Below, in pieces: positions 28,091 through 39,938 of a DNA stretch of 64,000 nt. How positions within the stretch are numbered: position 1 is the stretch's first letter; every line of letters starts with the position of its first letter. The DNA is from Octopus sinensis (Eukaryota), in NCBI RefSeq assembly GCF_006345805.1, contig NC_043005.1, forward strand, positions 67,084,001 to 67,148,000. The letters are read 5' to 3'. The notes beneath the pieces are model-generated. The model searched no databases and was not told the origin of the DNA. It was given only the letters and a program-made list of their open reading frames with translations. The position numbers and the translations under genes are program-made.

Positions 28091-28990
28091 AATGTTGCAC
28101 AGCTTCTATCGCTGGAGAGGTACTACATTGCCAGCTGTTCACTACCAGTTAACTAAGGTAACACCTCTTATTTTTCGAGCACCTTCCGAAGTATTCGAGC
28201 GGTTCTAATCAGTGCTGTTTTCTGCAAGTGCTCCACCCCCATTGCAGCCCCTATTTGTTCCACGAACTCACTCGAGATTTTTGCTCTCTGTCCCCAGAGC
28301 TCCAACAATTATTTGTACTACTGCTATCTTTTTCATCGATCACAACTGCTTAACTTTAACTCGATTTTTCTTTCTTCCTTATCGCATACCTTGTAGTCAG
28401 CTGGGCATGCTATGTATATGGTCCAACATGGTTTGTTTTCTTTCTCAATTACGACCATGTCTAGTAGAGATTTCAATTTGGGTTAGGATTTTATTCATTC
28501 TATCAGTAACGACGTCTGTATTATATGTTGTGGGGTTTTACGTGATTTTGGAGACATGCTTTGTGATGTGCTATTTTTGTTGGATTGTAGCTCGTTATTT
28601 GTGGGCTGATAGGTGGATATTTTTGTTTCAGTGTGTATATTTTACATGTGTTTGTCTATTTGGGCTTTTGGAAATTATTGCAGAGTATATCATCGGACGT
28701 TTGTAAATGTGTTTTGCGTGATGTTTATCCTTATAACTTTTGTTATTTTTCTTCCATATTTTATGTTTCTGTTATTATTCTGTCTTGTTTAAGATATAGT
28801 GTTGCAGTTCAGAATGCATGCAATACTTTCATGTAGTCGTCATTTGTCGATCGTTCTCTTTCGTTTTGTTTATCGTTTGGGCAATTGCATTAGGAGATGG
28901 GACAGTCTGGTCAGTGTTACTTTCTGACAGAATACCGCCTCTGGACGTGTACTAAGGGTTCTTTCGCATCGTGATAGCCTGGAGGATCCC
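28091..28990 (-). mobile_element. R4/Dong-like element with no RT: N-terminal region fused directly to the REL C-terminus
   Basis: Sense strand reads ..NDDYMKVLHAF.. and KILTQIEISTRH, then DMVVIEKENKPCW..ACPADYKV..IVGALG..LQKTALIRTARILRKVLEK* (stop 28168-28170). 3' UTR ends at AAT. Confidence 0.65.
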
Positions 28991-29542
28991 ATATCAAAAT
29001 AACCCTCTATTTTTACCTGATATTTTTCTTACCAAACATAACCGCTTTTTATCCCCTGTGTTTAAAATGAAGCGTGTTACATATTTTGTCAAATTTATCT
29101 AAATGCTGCGTATTCGATGCTTGTTCTGTTCACAAGTGTGTGAATTGTGTAAATATTATATTTGCTGATGTATAAGCAAGAAGCAGTAGATTGTATATGT
29201 CTGTAAATGGGAATGCATGTGATTTTCGGATTCACAGTTTTGTTATATACGAATCTCGTAGTTCCTCGTGACTTTGTGATTTTGCAATTTTACACACATG
29301 TTTTGCTGTGATACGATATCTAGCAGAAATAATGCTTCATATATCAGAGAAATCTTTCGGTTTATTGAAATGATTTATAATGAAAGGTAATTTTCTTTCG
29401 TTTTCTAGCAGTTTATTGAAACCAATTTGGCGATGATTTAAGATTAAATTTTTCTTCTAAGAGGACTCATTGATGCACGACCTTTATGCTCTCGCACGTC
29501 ATAGACCTTATAGCTATTATCATCGTTGTTGTTGTTATTAAA

Positions 29543-29745
29543 GCGGCGAGATGACAGACTTTTAGTGCATTGCAGTATTGCGTCGTCTTTACGTTATGAG
29601 TTCAAATTCCGCCGAGGTCGACTTAACCTTTCATCATTTCGCGGTCGATAAATTAAGTACCAGTTGAGTACTGGGGCCTATGTAATCGACTTAACCCCTC
29701 TTCCCAAATTTCAGGCCTTCTGCCTAAAGTAGAAAGGATTATTAG
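29543..29745 (+). mobile_element. SINE family 2
   Basis: GTTCAAATTCCGCCGAGGTCGAC..GGTCGATAAATTAAGTACCAG..GTAATCGACTT..CCCAAATTT; ATT tail. Confidence 0.8.
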
Positions 29746-29763
29746 TATTATCTTTATTATTAT

Positions 29764-29991
29764 TGTTTTGAGTCTCGCTGTTCTCTTTGCGGTTGTTCTT
29801 TACTTGAAAGCAGGCAATAACAAAATCACCAAAGTTTTCAAGTAGTGCCTTCTCCTGTGACTCAAAGAGAAATACCCTCCTTAGAATGCGAGCTGTACTC
29901 AACATTGCTGTCTTCTGGATTACTTCGAGCCTGACAGCAGCTCCAATGTTCTTAATATGTTTCTCAAAGCTCCTGGAAACTGCTCACAGCC
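29764..29991 (-). mobile_element. R4/Dong-like LINE 3'-end fragment
   Basis: Sense strand KHIKNIGAAVRLEVIQKTAMLSTARILRRV, then a 3' UTR ending in an AAT-like tract. Confidence 0.75.
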
Positions 29992-30058
<67 letters not shown>

Positions 30059-30067
30059 CAATAATAA

Positions 30068-30274
30068 TGGCTTCAAATTTTGCCACATGGACAAACATTT
30101 TGGGGGAGGAGATGAGTCGATTACATCGACACCAGTGTTTTTCTGGTAATTAATTTATTGACCCTGAAGCGATAAAAAGCAATGTCGACCTCAGTGGAAT
30201 TTGAACTTGCAACGTAAATATGGACGAAATACCGCTAAGGATCTCACCTGGCGTGGTAATGAATCTGCCAGCCA
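30068..30274 (-). mobile_element. SINE family 2
   Basis: Reverse complement of the family-2 sequence; its (ATT)n tail is the array at about 29993-30066. Confidence 0.75.
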
Positions 30275-30947
30275 ACCAGCATGATAATAATCTTATAATA
30301 ATTCTGCCTGTCATTGCGTTACTTAGACTGTCGGCAATGTTCTCACGTGATTAGAGAAGGTCGGAGAACGGCAAGAGGGAGAGAAGAGAATAAGGCGAAG
30401 AGTGAGAGAGAAAGAGCGACAGAAAACAAGAGCGAAAAAGAGGGAGAGAGAAGAGAGAGATAGAAGCGTCCGTGGCGTGAGGTAGGGGAATGTAAAAACT
30501 TTAGCACAGGGGTGATGTTCAAATGATGAGGTTGAAGAAAGGCAGAGAGGGGAGAGAGAGAGAGATAAGGGGGAGGGAGGGAAGGAGGAAGGACAGAGAG
30601 GAGGATAGTGGGAGAGAGAGGAGGAGAGATAGATGATGAAGGTGGTGGTTGTCGTGGTTTGTGGTGATTGGATTGTAAAATGTATTTTCTCTTAATTGAA
30701 CTAAGAGTTTTATATCAGCTATCACTCAACGCATGTGCATAAGTGCAATTCACGCTTATTTATGTGGCAATTATATATATTTTAAACAAAGGCTGTATCA
30801 TGTGTACGGATGTTGGTTTTTGTTTATAGGGAAGATGGAAAAATAAGTGTGAATATTTATTTTATGGGTTTCTGTGTGTGAAGTCTATAAAATTGTGCAT
30901 AAAGTATGTAAAGCGTATATATATATATTATATATATATATATATAT

Positions 30948-31063
30948 AGGATGATTGGGATCACGTGGATGAGAAAGGCGCGATCCAGAGAGAAGTGGAC
31001 AGCGTGCTGTGACCAGCGGTGTCAAATGGACGCCTGACGGACTGGTCGGTAAAGGTGATCAAG

Positions 31064-31068
<5 letters not shown>
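30948..31068 (+). mobile_element. RTE-type LINE extreme 3' end
   Basis: WMRKARSREKWTACCDQRCQMDA* resembles RTE C-termini; short tandem tail AAGGTGATCAAGGTGAT. Confidence 0.5.
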
Positions 31069-31116
<48 letters not shown>

Positions 31117-31139
31117 ATATAGATATAGATATATACATA

Positions 31140-33720
31140 CATACTCATTCGAAGAACAAAGAAGCGGTGTCGGGTAAGAAAGTCAACTCTGAACCCGTTT
31201 TCTATTGTCTCAGTCAATGCCTTAATGACAAGCCAAAACTCCTGCCGGCTCCCTCGTCAACCGGGACAACAAGGACCGCGTTACTCAGTGGGCAACCAGA
31301 CTGGAATCCAAAAGTCTGCTGTTGGAACAAACACTCTCAGAAACGATCTACTAGGTAACCAGATCCAGGATAACACTAACATTAGCCCCGTAGTGACGCC
31401 ACAGAAAACATCACCTAGAGTTAAACGCTTAAAATGGACTAGAGAGGATTATAGTGATGCGTTGAAAGCTTTCTATACAACCGAACAAAACCCAAACAAT
31501 AACCTCATAGTACAAACTTGAGAAACTTAGTAGGCAATGAGGTACGCAGATATATAGTTGCAAATAAACTAAGTAATTTACGTAGAGACATCATTAAGAA
31601 TAAAATGTTAACTGACGCTTAAATTAGCTAAATTGGGATACAAATATCTCATGGTAGGCCAAATGAAAACAGCAACAAGGCATATGAATAGCTAACAGGT
31701 GCACAAAACCCAGTGTACGAGCTGTACATCCCAACGAGGAAGAGCTGAGAAAGAATAGCGAAGAACAGATATGCGGAAAAGTGGAGAAAGGAGGCTTACC
31801 TCAAGAATACCAGAATATGTCTAACAGAATTTGAGGTGAATAATAAAGAGAAGAAAAATATTATCAGACAATTCACCAAGACTGGATGTACTGACGTCAT
31901 CAATAGAGAACCACTGGCAATGTTCTCAAACAGCATAAAAAACAACAGCAAAATCATAATATATAACGCTGCCCTTAGACAGATCTTAAGTAATAAGGGA
32001 AATGACTTCACCTTAAATAACCTCATCTATTCCACTGCTGAAGTTGTAACTGGTCAACTAGGTATTAGGGCAACAAAGAATAGGACCAACCAAGTCAATA
32101 GAGCGCTTAAGTGGAAATTAGCAATACAAAAGAAGATCGAATCTCGATGAACTTGCTAGAGGAGTAAATGTAAGACGAAAGGAGCTAGAAAAACCATGCA
32201 AAAATACAAAATCAAACATTTTATAAACCTCCCTGCAAACAAAGAACGACTGAAACAACGAATACAGCTGAAAGCCCAACGGCTTAGGAGGTATTACAAA
32301 AGAATCAAATTTTATCGACAAAACGAGATATTCAAAACGGATGCCAGGGTAATTTATAGGGAAATTAGCAAAAGTAGGATAGAAGTAGAGGAGCCACCAG
32401 CAACGGAGGAAATGGAAGAGTTCTGGAAGAATATGGTGCAACGAAAAAGAATATAATACTAACTCCTGAGAACATGCACCACCAAAAGCAGCTATTGATC
32501 CTCTGTACCTACCTAGAAGTAATGGGGCAAGAGGAATGTTGAATGTAGAACTGTACGATGGCAATGAACAGGTACTTATCTAATACAGAGGAATGGATGC
32601 TCCAACTTGTGTGCAAACACGAAAAAAAAACCAGTCACATTCTATTGTCAAGCAAGCTTTCTAATTCACAAGGAAACTTGGCATTAATCCTGAAATATTT
32701 GAAGAAACTGAAACCACTGCCACAAACCAAGCAAAATGGATCAAGCAGACTGCAAATAAGAACGAGCATAAACAAACTGAGGAGTGATGGAGTGAGTCAT
32801 AAGCCTCTGTATGAATAATATATACTTCGAAGTCAAAATGCTGATATAGATCAGCAACAACCCATCAGTGACTGAGACGTTTAGGACTGAAAGCAGAGAC
32901 TGAAGATTTCGTATTGGCGGCACAAGACCAAAGCTTGTTCACAAAAAAAAAAAAAATACTACCAGGCTAACGTTCTTCAAAACGGTTCTGACCCTAAATG
33001 CAGATTCTGGGACACATTTGACGAAAGAAGAGAACATCTCGTCTCGAGATGTCCTGTGCTGGCACCAAGCGAATCTAAAAATCGTCACGATTGGGTAGGA
33101 CAGCATTTACATTGGAATATATGTAAACACTACAAAATTAAGCCTCCTGCTTATTGGTACGAACATCATTTTGTGTCAGTCGTTGAAGGTAAAAAAGTCA
33201 CCATCCTCTGAGATTTTCCGTTCAACGCTGACAGATCGATCAATGCTAATCGACCTGATATAATTATTAAAGACAAGGAAGAAAATAATTGTAGAATAAT
33301 AGATGTAAGTGTTCTCAATGAATAAAATATATGTCAAGGAATTTGACAAAGTAAATAAATGTAAGTACCTGCAAATTGAGCTACAAAAGATGTGGCAACT
33401 TAAAACGAGAACTGTTCCTCTTATTGTGGGTGCATTAAGTATGATAATAAAGGGATGTCAGAAACATCTAGATAAGATCCCAGGAGAACCATGTCTCAGA
33501 AAAATCCAAAAGTTTGTACTGGTCAGTACTGCCCATATCCTTAGAAAAACCCTATCCATTAGAATGTCTCTGTTGTACTACATGAAGATATTTCGGTACT
33601 TCCCGTCCTGAAGCTTTCAGTCACACTATAACATTCTTTATCCTTCACTCGCCCCAGGACATTGGGTGTGTCTCGGCAAGGGAGTCTATCAAAGATGCAG
33701 ATTGAAAGTAAATAAGTAAA
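31140..33720 (+). mobile_element. R4/Dong-like LINE with the whole RT domain deleted
   Basis: KWTREDY N-terminus and KQRIQLKAQRLRRY..FWKNM (to about 32450), jumping to NMHHQKAAIDPLYLPRSNGARG. Then the degenerate zinc knuckle (CRFW..HLVSRC), RHDWVG, RPDIII and STAHILRK; the 3' UTR abuts (AAT)n at 33721. Confidence 0.85.
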
Positions 33721-33725
33721 TAATG

Positions 33726-33807
<82 letters not shown>

Positions 33808-33810
33808 TAG

Positions 33811-33859
<49 letters not shown>

Positions 33860-33860
<1 letters not shown>

Positions 33861-33926
33861 AGAACGATCAAGGCTAATCGACCAGACATAATTGTTAAAG
33901 ACAGGGAAGAAAATACCTGCAGACTA
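33860..33926 (+). mobile_element. Isolated REL fragment (RTIKANRPDIIVKDREENTCRL)
   Basis: Resembles 33232-33300 of the preceding element; sits between an AAT array and the 5' junction of the next element. Confidence 0.7.
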
Positions 33927-35610
33927 ATGTTAGGGCAAAACGATCAGCCACCTTTTATATATGGATGACCTAAAACTATACGCTGCAAATGACAAACAGC
34001 TGGAAACACTATTAAAGACAGTTCATGGATTTACCAAAGAAATAGATATGAAATTTGGATTAAAAAAATGCGCCAAAGTAACCATGAAAAGAGGAAAACT
34101 AGTTAAGAGTAACATCACACTAGATAAAACCAATGAAATAAAAGAATTAGACCAAAGCCAAACTTACAAATACTTAGGAATCCATGAACTAGATAAGACA
34201 CAACACACACAAATGAAAGAGAAAATAAAAAAAGAATATTATAGACGAGTTAGATCAATACTAAAAACAGAGCTCAATGCTAAAAACAAGATAGTAGGTA
34301 TCAACACTTTAGCTGTCCCAGTTATAAGTTACAGCTACAATATCCTTAACTGGACACGAAATGAACTGTCCAAAATAGATAGGAAAACAAGAAAAATACT
34401 GACAGGATCTAGGATGCATCACCCAAAATCTGACATAGAAAGACTATATATACAACGTATAGAAGGTGGTAGAGGCCTATACAGCTGGAAAACTACTATA
34501 AAATAACCACCATAGGACTGCAAAATACCTATTCAGAAGGAAGGAAAACTGATCCAGATAGCAGCAAAACACGAGCAAAACAAAAAACTGTTCTCAGTAT
34601 TTAAGGAAACTGACAAATACAAACAAGAAATCATACCACCTAATAAACACAAAGAAGAAGAAGAAGATGATGAAGAAACAACAAAAGCTATAAAACAAAT
34701 GAAATCCAAACTAAAAATAGAACAGAAACGAGACATGATAAAACGATGGCAAGAAAAACCCCTTCATGGTAAATACTGCACTAAACTAAACGCAAAAGAA
34801 ATAGACAAAGAAAAATCGCAGCAATGGTTGAGAAGCTCAGGACTCAAAGCAGAAACAGAGGGATTTTTAATTGCAGCACAAGACCAAAGCCTCCCCACCA
34901 GAAATTACCAAAAACATGTAATGAAGAAATATTACAAGTAACTGCAGAATATGTGGAGATGGACAAGAAACAATAAATCATATTATCTCTAGCTGCCCAG
35001 TCCTGGCTAAGAAGGAATATATTCACAGACATGACAGAGTTGGAACCTACATACATTGGAAGCTATGCCAACATTATGGAATAACAACAGAAAAAAGATG
35101 GTATAGGCACACACCAGAAAAGGTCACAGAAAACGACAAAGCAACCATACTCTGGGATATGCCGATACACACAGATAGAGAAATTAAGGCCAACAGACCA
35201 GATATAGTTGTCAGAGATCATGAAGAAAAAAAATGCTTCCTAATTGATGTATCAATACCGGCAGATGACAACGTGTCTCTAAAAGAAATGGAGAAACTCT
35301 CAAAATACAAAGACCTCGAAATAGAGGTAACTAGAATGTGGAACCTGAAAACAGAAACAATTCCTATCATAGTAGGTGCATTAGGCATGATAAAAAAATA
35401 TTCAGACAAATACATAACAAAAACACCAGGACTTACAAACACATATAACATACAGAAAATTGCACAACTAGGCACTGCACACATCCTACGCAGAACACTT
35501 TCCATACAATAACCAACAGAGCATCACAACAAATCACAGCACATACCCAAGGCACACAGAGCTGCGCTCGGTAGTGAAGTGAAAGCACGCTAAAAAAATA
35601 AAACTACTGA
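33927..35610 (+). mobile_element. R4/Dong-like LINE, 5'-truncated, few lesions
   Basis: ISHLLYMDDLKLY, KFGLKKC, YKYLG, MHHPKSDIERLY, CRICGDGQETINHIISSC (CCHC), RHDRVG, RPDIVV, K..KYKDL. Frameshifts near 34480 and 34930; 3' end at (AAT)n. Confidence 0.95.
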
Positions 35611-35661
35611 ATAATAATGATAATAATAATAATAAGGATGATAATAATAATAATAATAATA

Positions 35662-35717
<56 letters not shown>

Positions 35718-35941
35718 GTAATAGTAATAATAAATTAAGGAGGTAAGTTCCTGCCAATATATACAAACTGCACAATTGCAAAAACTGTAAACTACACTAA
35801 AACCTTTAAAAAGAAAAGAGAGAGAAAAGACATTTTGAAATTCAAAAATTCAACAATGTGAACATCAGCATATATATATATAATATATAATATATTTATC
35901 ATTATTTTTATACTTTTTGAAAAACAATAAAAAAATAAATA

Positions 35942-36061
35942 AATACATAAATAAATATAAATATATATATATATTAATTTTATATATATTATTTGTTAAT
36001 TATGTATTGGTTTATGTCTATCACTGTTTGAGTTGCATAATAGTGGATTTATCTCTAATTC

Positions 36062-36092
<31 letters not shown>

Positions 36093-36429
36093 TCTATCAG
36101 TGATTAAAAATAGAACAACGGGAATTCCTTCTTTTCAAGGCCAAGGTCAGCGTTCTCATTGATCACTAGCACTACTAAACACAGTTGACCTCTGCTGATC
36201 CAAAAGGTGTGCGAACTCTTTTGTCTCCCTATCGCACAGGAACGTCCATTGCTAACCTTCTCACCATCTGGCGAATCTATTTACGGACCTGTTGAACTTG
36301 GTCTATTCACCAAGCTGCTACTCTTCCTGCCATTATTCCCTTCAGCACAACGTATTCATGATAATCATAAGTAGAATACAAAAATTGAAACTAAACAATA
36401 CTTAATAATACCTTTTGATAATAAATGGA

Positions 36430-36473
<44 letters not shown>

Positions 36474-36474
36474 C

Positions 36475-36518
<44 letters not shown>

Positions 36519-36657
36519 ATAAATAAATAAATAAATATAAATATATATATATATTAATTTTATATATATTATTTGTTACTTATGTATTGGTTTATGCCTA
36601 TCACTGTTTGAGTTGCATAATAGTGGATTTATCTCTAATTCATATTATATATATATA
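35942..36657 (+). repeat. Direct repeat pair of about 130-140 bp (35942-36077 and 36514-36657)
   Basis: Two substitutions and one 8-bp indel by eye; includes the unique sequence TATGTATTGGTTTATG..GAGTTGCATAATAGTGGATTTATCTC. Confidence 0.9.
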
Positions 36658-36990
36658 GCAAAAGGGGCTGATAGCTACCTAACTCAGATACCAGGAAACC
36701 CAAAAATGGCAGAAGTTCAAAAGATAGTGCTCATGGGAACTGCTTATATCCTACGCAAAATACTCTCTATGTAACCTCAAGGTTTTAAACAACCATAATT
36801 TTCGGTTTAAAAAAAAAAAAAAAAACTTTTTTTTTTTTTTTAAACATTCATTAGTACAACATCCCCACCCCCCAAATATATGGCACACTAGGCATAACAA
36901 CAACATGAACTTCCAACCCTGTTGTCTCTTGAGGTCTCTGGGTGAGACTTGGAGCCAACTTGTACAAATATAAAGCAAAAGTCAAACATA

Positions 36991-36991
<1 letters not shown>
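36658..36991 (+). mobile_element. R4/Dong-like LINE 3'-end fragment
   Basis: KGADSYLTQIPGNPKMAEVQKIVLMGTAYILRKILSM* (stop 36772-36774); 3' UTR with hairpin, then (AAT)n. Confidence 0.85.
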
Positions 36992-37072
<81 letters not shown>

Positions 37073-37074
37073 TA

Positions 37075-37232
37075 GTGTTAACTGCAAACGTAAACAGACT
37101 GTATATGAAAAGAAAGAATGGGAATGATGACAGAGTACTAATTATTAAAGACTATTGTATAAGGAGTGAAAGGGGAACGCTTACCAATTATTTGGTAAAT
37201 AATGAGGACGATCTGCTGCAATATATTGGGAC
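37075..37232 (+). mobile_element. R4/Dong-like internal fragment
   Basis: ANVNRLYMKRKNG..DYCIRSERGTLTNYL, homologous to the post-RT DVDRLYLPR..GGRG segment. Confidence 0.55.
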
Positions 37233-37325
37233 CCATAATATTATCGATAATTCTAAATTCTGCCGGTAGAACGATGGTGGTTATGATAATCACTGTAGTT
37301 TTGGAAGCGACTCAATGCAAGTACG

Positions 37326-37391
<66 letters not shown>

Positions 37392-37462
37392 GTGTGTGTG
37401 TGTGTGTGTATTTACATACATGAACACGTATATGTACAAATAAAGAGAGGAAGAGTGATGGG

Positions 37463-39917
37463 ATGTTAATATCAACTCTCGTGGAACCCCACGAACGACT
37501 CACGAAATCAAAAAAGCAACACAACAAGGAAATAATTAATGGCGAGAATGAAGCTATAGCCGATGATGGTGAAGGCTTCCCACCCGGCACGTCCGAAACC
37601 GCCCACATCATGGGCAGTGAACTGGCCTCGGACGGAAGTTATGTCACAACAGACCACATACATGGTGTGTGCAAAAACAGACATAAGTGGACGAAGGAAG
37701 AGTACGATACATTTATTGAATGTCACGAAAAAGCAAAGCTGGAAAAAAGTCGTGGAGTAGGACGACATACCTTGAAATGTTGGATGGAAAAGTACATGTG
37801 TCCAACGTCAGAAAATATATTAATGAACCAAGCGAGAGTGAATAGGAGGAAGGGTTACTTAACTGGAATAGAAATATCTTTGATTAGTGAGAGTCTGAGT
37901 GACCCTGCGGATGGGCTACAAAGGATGGTCGGATTTGAAAATAGGGATGAAGGATTTGAAAGCAGGGAGGAGAGGAGATAGGAGGAAGAGGGGAATGGTG
38001 ATGGGGCTGTTAAGGATGGGGAACAGGAACATTATACACTGAACCCTGATAATATGGTGTGTGAACATGCAGTGGAAATGAACCAACTAGATAATGAATA
38101 GCTTGAAATTCAAAGACGACTCACCGATTTGATGAATGCTCCAAAAGAAAAAGTCCCCTTGAATATGAGAAGGGTAGATAGGAGTATGATACATAAAGTA
38201 ACACAAAAGATAAATACCATACATTCAGCCAGAGGACTTAGCACAAATAAGGAATCTTCTCAGAGCTATTGCGCTACTTGTTGAAGTGAAATTACAGCAT
38301 GAGAACAAAAAATGGTGGAGCAAAATAACCATAGTGGAAACGACGCATTGAAAAGGACATAATTCGGGCAAGGTAAGATTTAGGATAAATTGAGCATTGG
38401 CTAAGAGGAAACTGGAAAATGGGGAAAAGACCAACAGAGAGAAATGAGTGAAGAAATATAAAATACGGAAAAAACGGGTTTGATGCAGTAATAGAGCATT
38501 TGAAACAGAGGATCATGCCAAAAACCAGAAGATCAGAAGATTTGTGAACAGAAATAAGCAGTTCGAGAACAGATTGTTCAAAAATAACCTGAAGCAATTC
38601 TTCCAAACGTTAGAAGGAGACAAAGGGGAAAATGTTGCTCCAGATACAAATCAAGGTGAAGTCTGGAGCGGATTATGTGGAAACAACATGGTGCATAAAA
38701 GGGATGCAATGTGGATAGGAACTATCAAGACAGAACTACAAGGAGGAACGAAACAAATAAATATTGTCATAAGCACGGGTGGTATGAAAGGACAAGTGGG
38801 TAACGTCCCTAACTGGAAATTCCCCGGACCAGATGGAATTCATGGCTTCTGGTTGAAGAGATACCACGCGGTGCATGAAAGACTAGCTGTTCAATTGAAT
38901 GAGGGTGTCCAGAAAGTTACAGTCCCCGCGTGAATGGCGACTGGGAGGACAACACTTGTAATGAAAGATAGAAAAAAGGGGAATATTGTGGGAAACCATC
39001 GACCCATAGCATGCCTAAACATAATCTCCAAGATACTCACTAGAATATGTGCAGCAAAGGCATACACTTTCCTGCACAGGAAGAGATACTATCAAAGGAA
39101 CAAAAAGGATGTAGGAAGGGTAGAGTTCTCAGGGTAACAAGGATCACCTGGTCATCGATAAAATACTTTTGAAGCATTGTAAAAAACATCATACAAACAT
39201 GTCCGTGGCTTGGATTGACTTTAAGAAGGTATATCATATGGTGCCACATTCTTTGATCGTTGAATGCCTGCAAATGTTTGGTGTTGCTGACAACATCACA
39301 AATTTTCTGATACATAGCATGAAAGAGTAGAAAACCAAATTGTACTCAAGTAATGTATTCTTTGGAGAGGTTAATATTAAAAGGAAAGTCTTCCAAGGTG
39401 ACACGTTTTCTCCGTTACTTTTGTTATTGCACTAATACCCATAACAATGACATTTAGGAAAGTTAAGATGGATTATCGATGTGGGAAGAAAGGCCCATCA
39501 TTGAACTATCTTCCGTTTATGGACGACCAGAAATTGTTGGACAAAATAGTCCAGATATGTGGTAGGGTATGGAATTTGGAATTACCAAATGCTCAGTACT
39601 TAATATGAAAAGAGGGAAGAAATCAGCCTATAGAGGATTACGGTTACCATCAGGAGAAACCATGGGTGAACCATGGCAGTGGGTACAGATATTTAAGGAT
39701 TTGGAGCTGGATGTCATTCTACTCAGGGAAATGAAACTCAAGGTCAGCGAAGCGTATCAAAAAAGAGTGAATATGGCGTTAAATGCAACCTGAACTCCAA
39801 AAATTTGATTACTGGTGGTCAGATATAATGCCTCCCTTCTCAAATGAGCTAAGGAGGAAATATCAACCCTGAGTAGAAGGGCGAGAAAGCTGATGATGCT
39901 ACATGGGGTGCTACATC
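37463..39917 (+). mobile_element. R4/Dong-like LINE, old, 3'-truncated
   Basis: RHKWTKEEY, NWKFPGPDGIHGFWLK, NHRPIACL, AWIDFKKVYHMVPH, FQGDTFSPLL, PFMDD (about 39516), MEFGITKC; many stops and frameshifts; no REL domain. Confidence 0.9.
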
Positions 39918-39938
39918 ATCATCATTATTAATATTATT

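Noticed and set aside
28212-28706. 164-aa plus-strand ORF
   Set aside because: Antisense to the Dong-like element; no independent protein signal.
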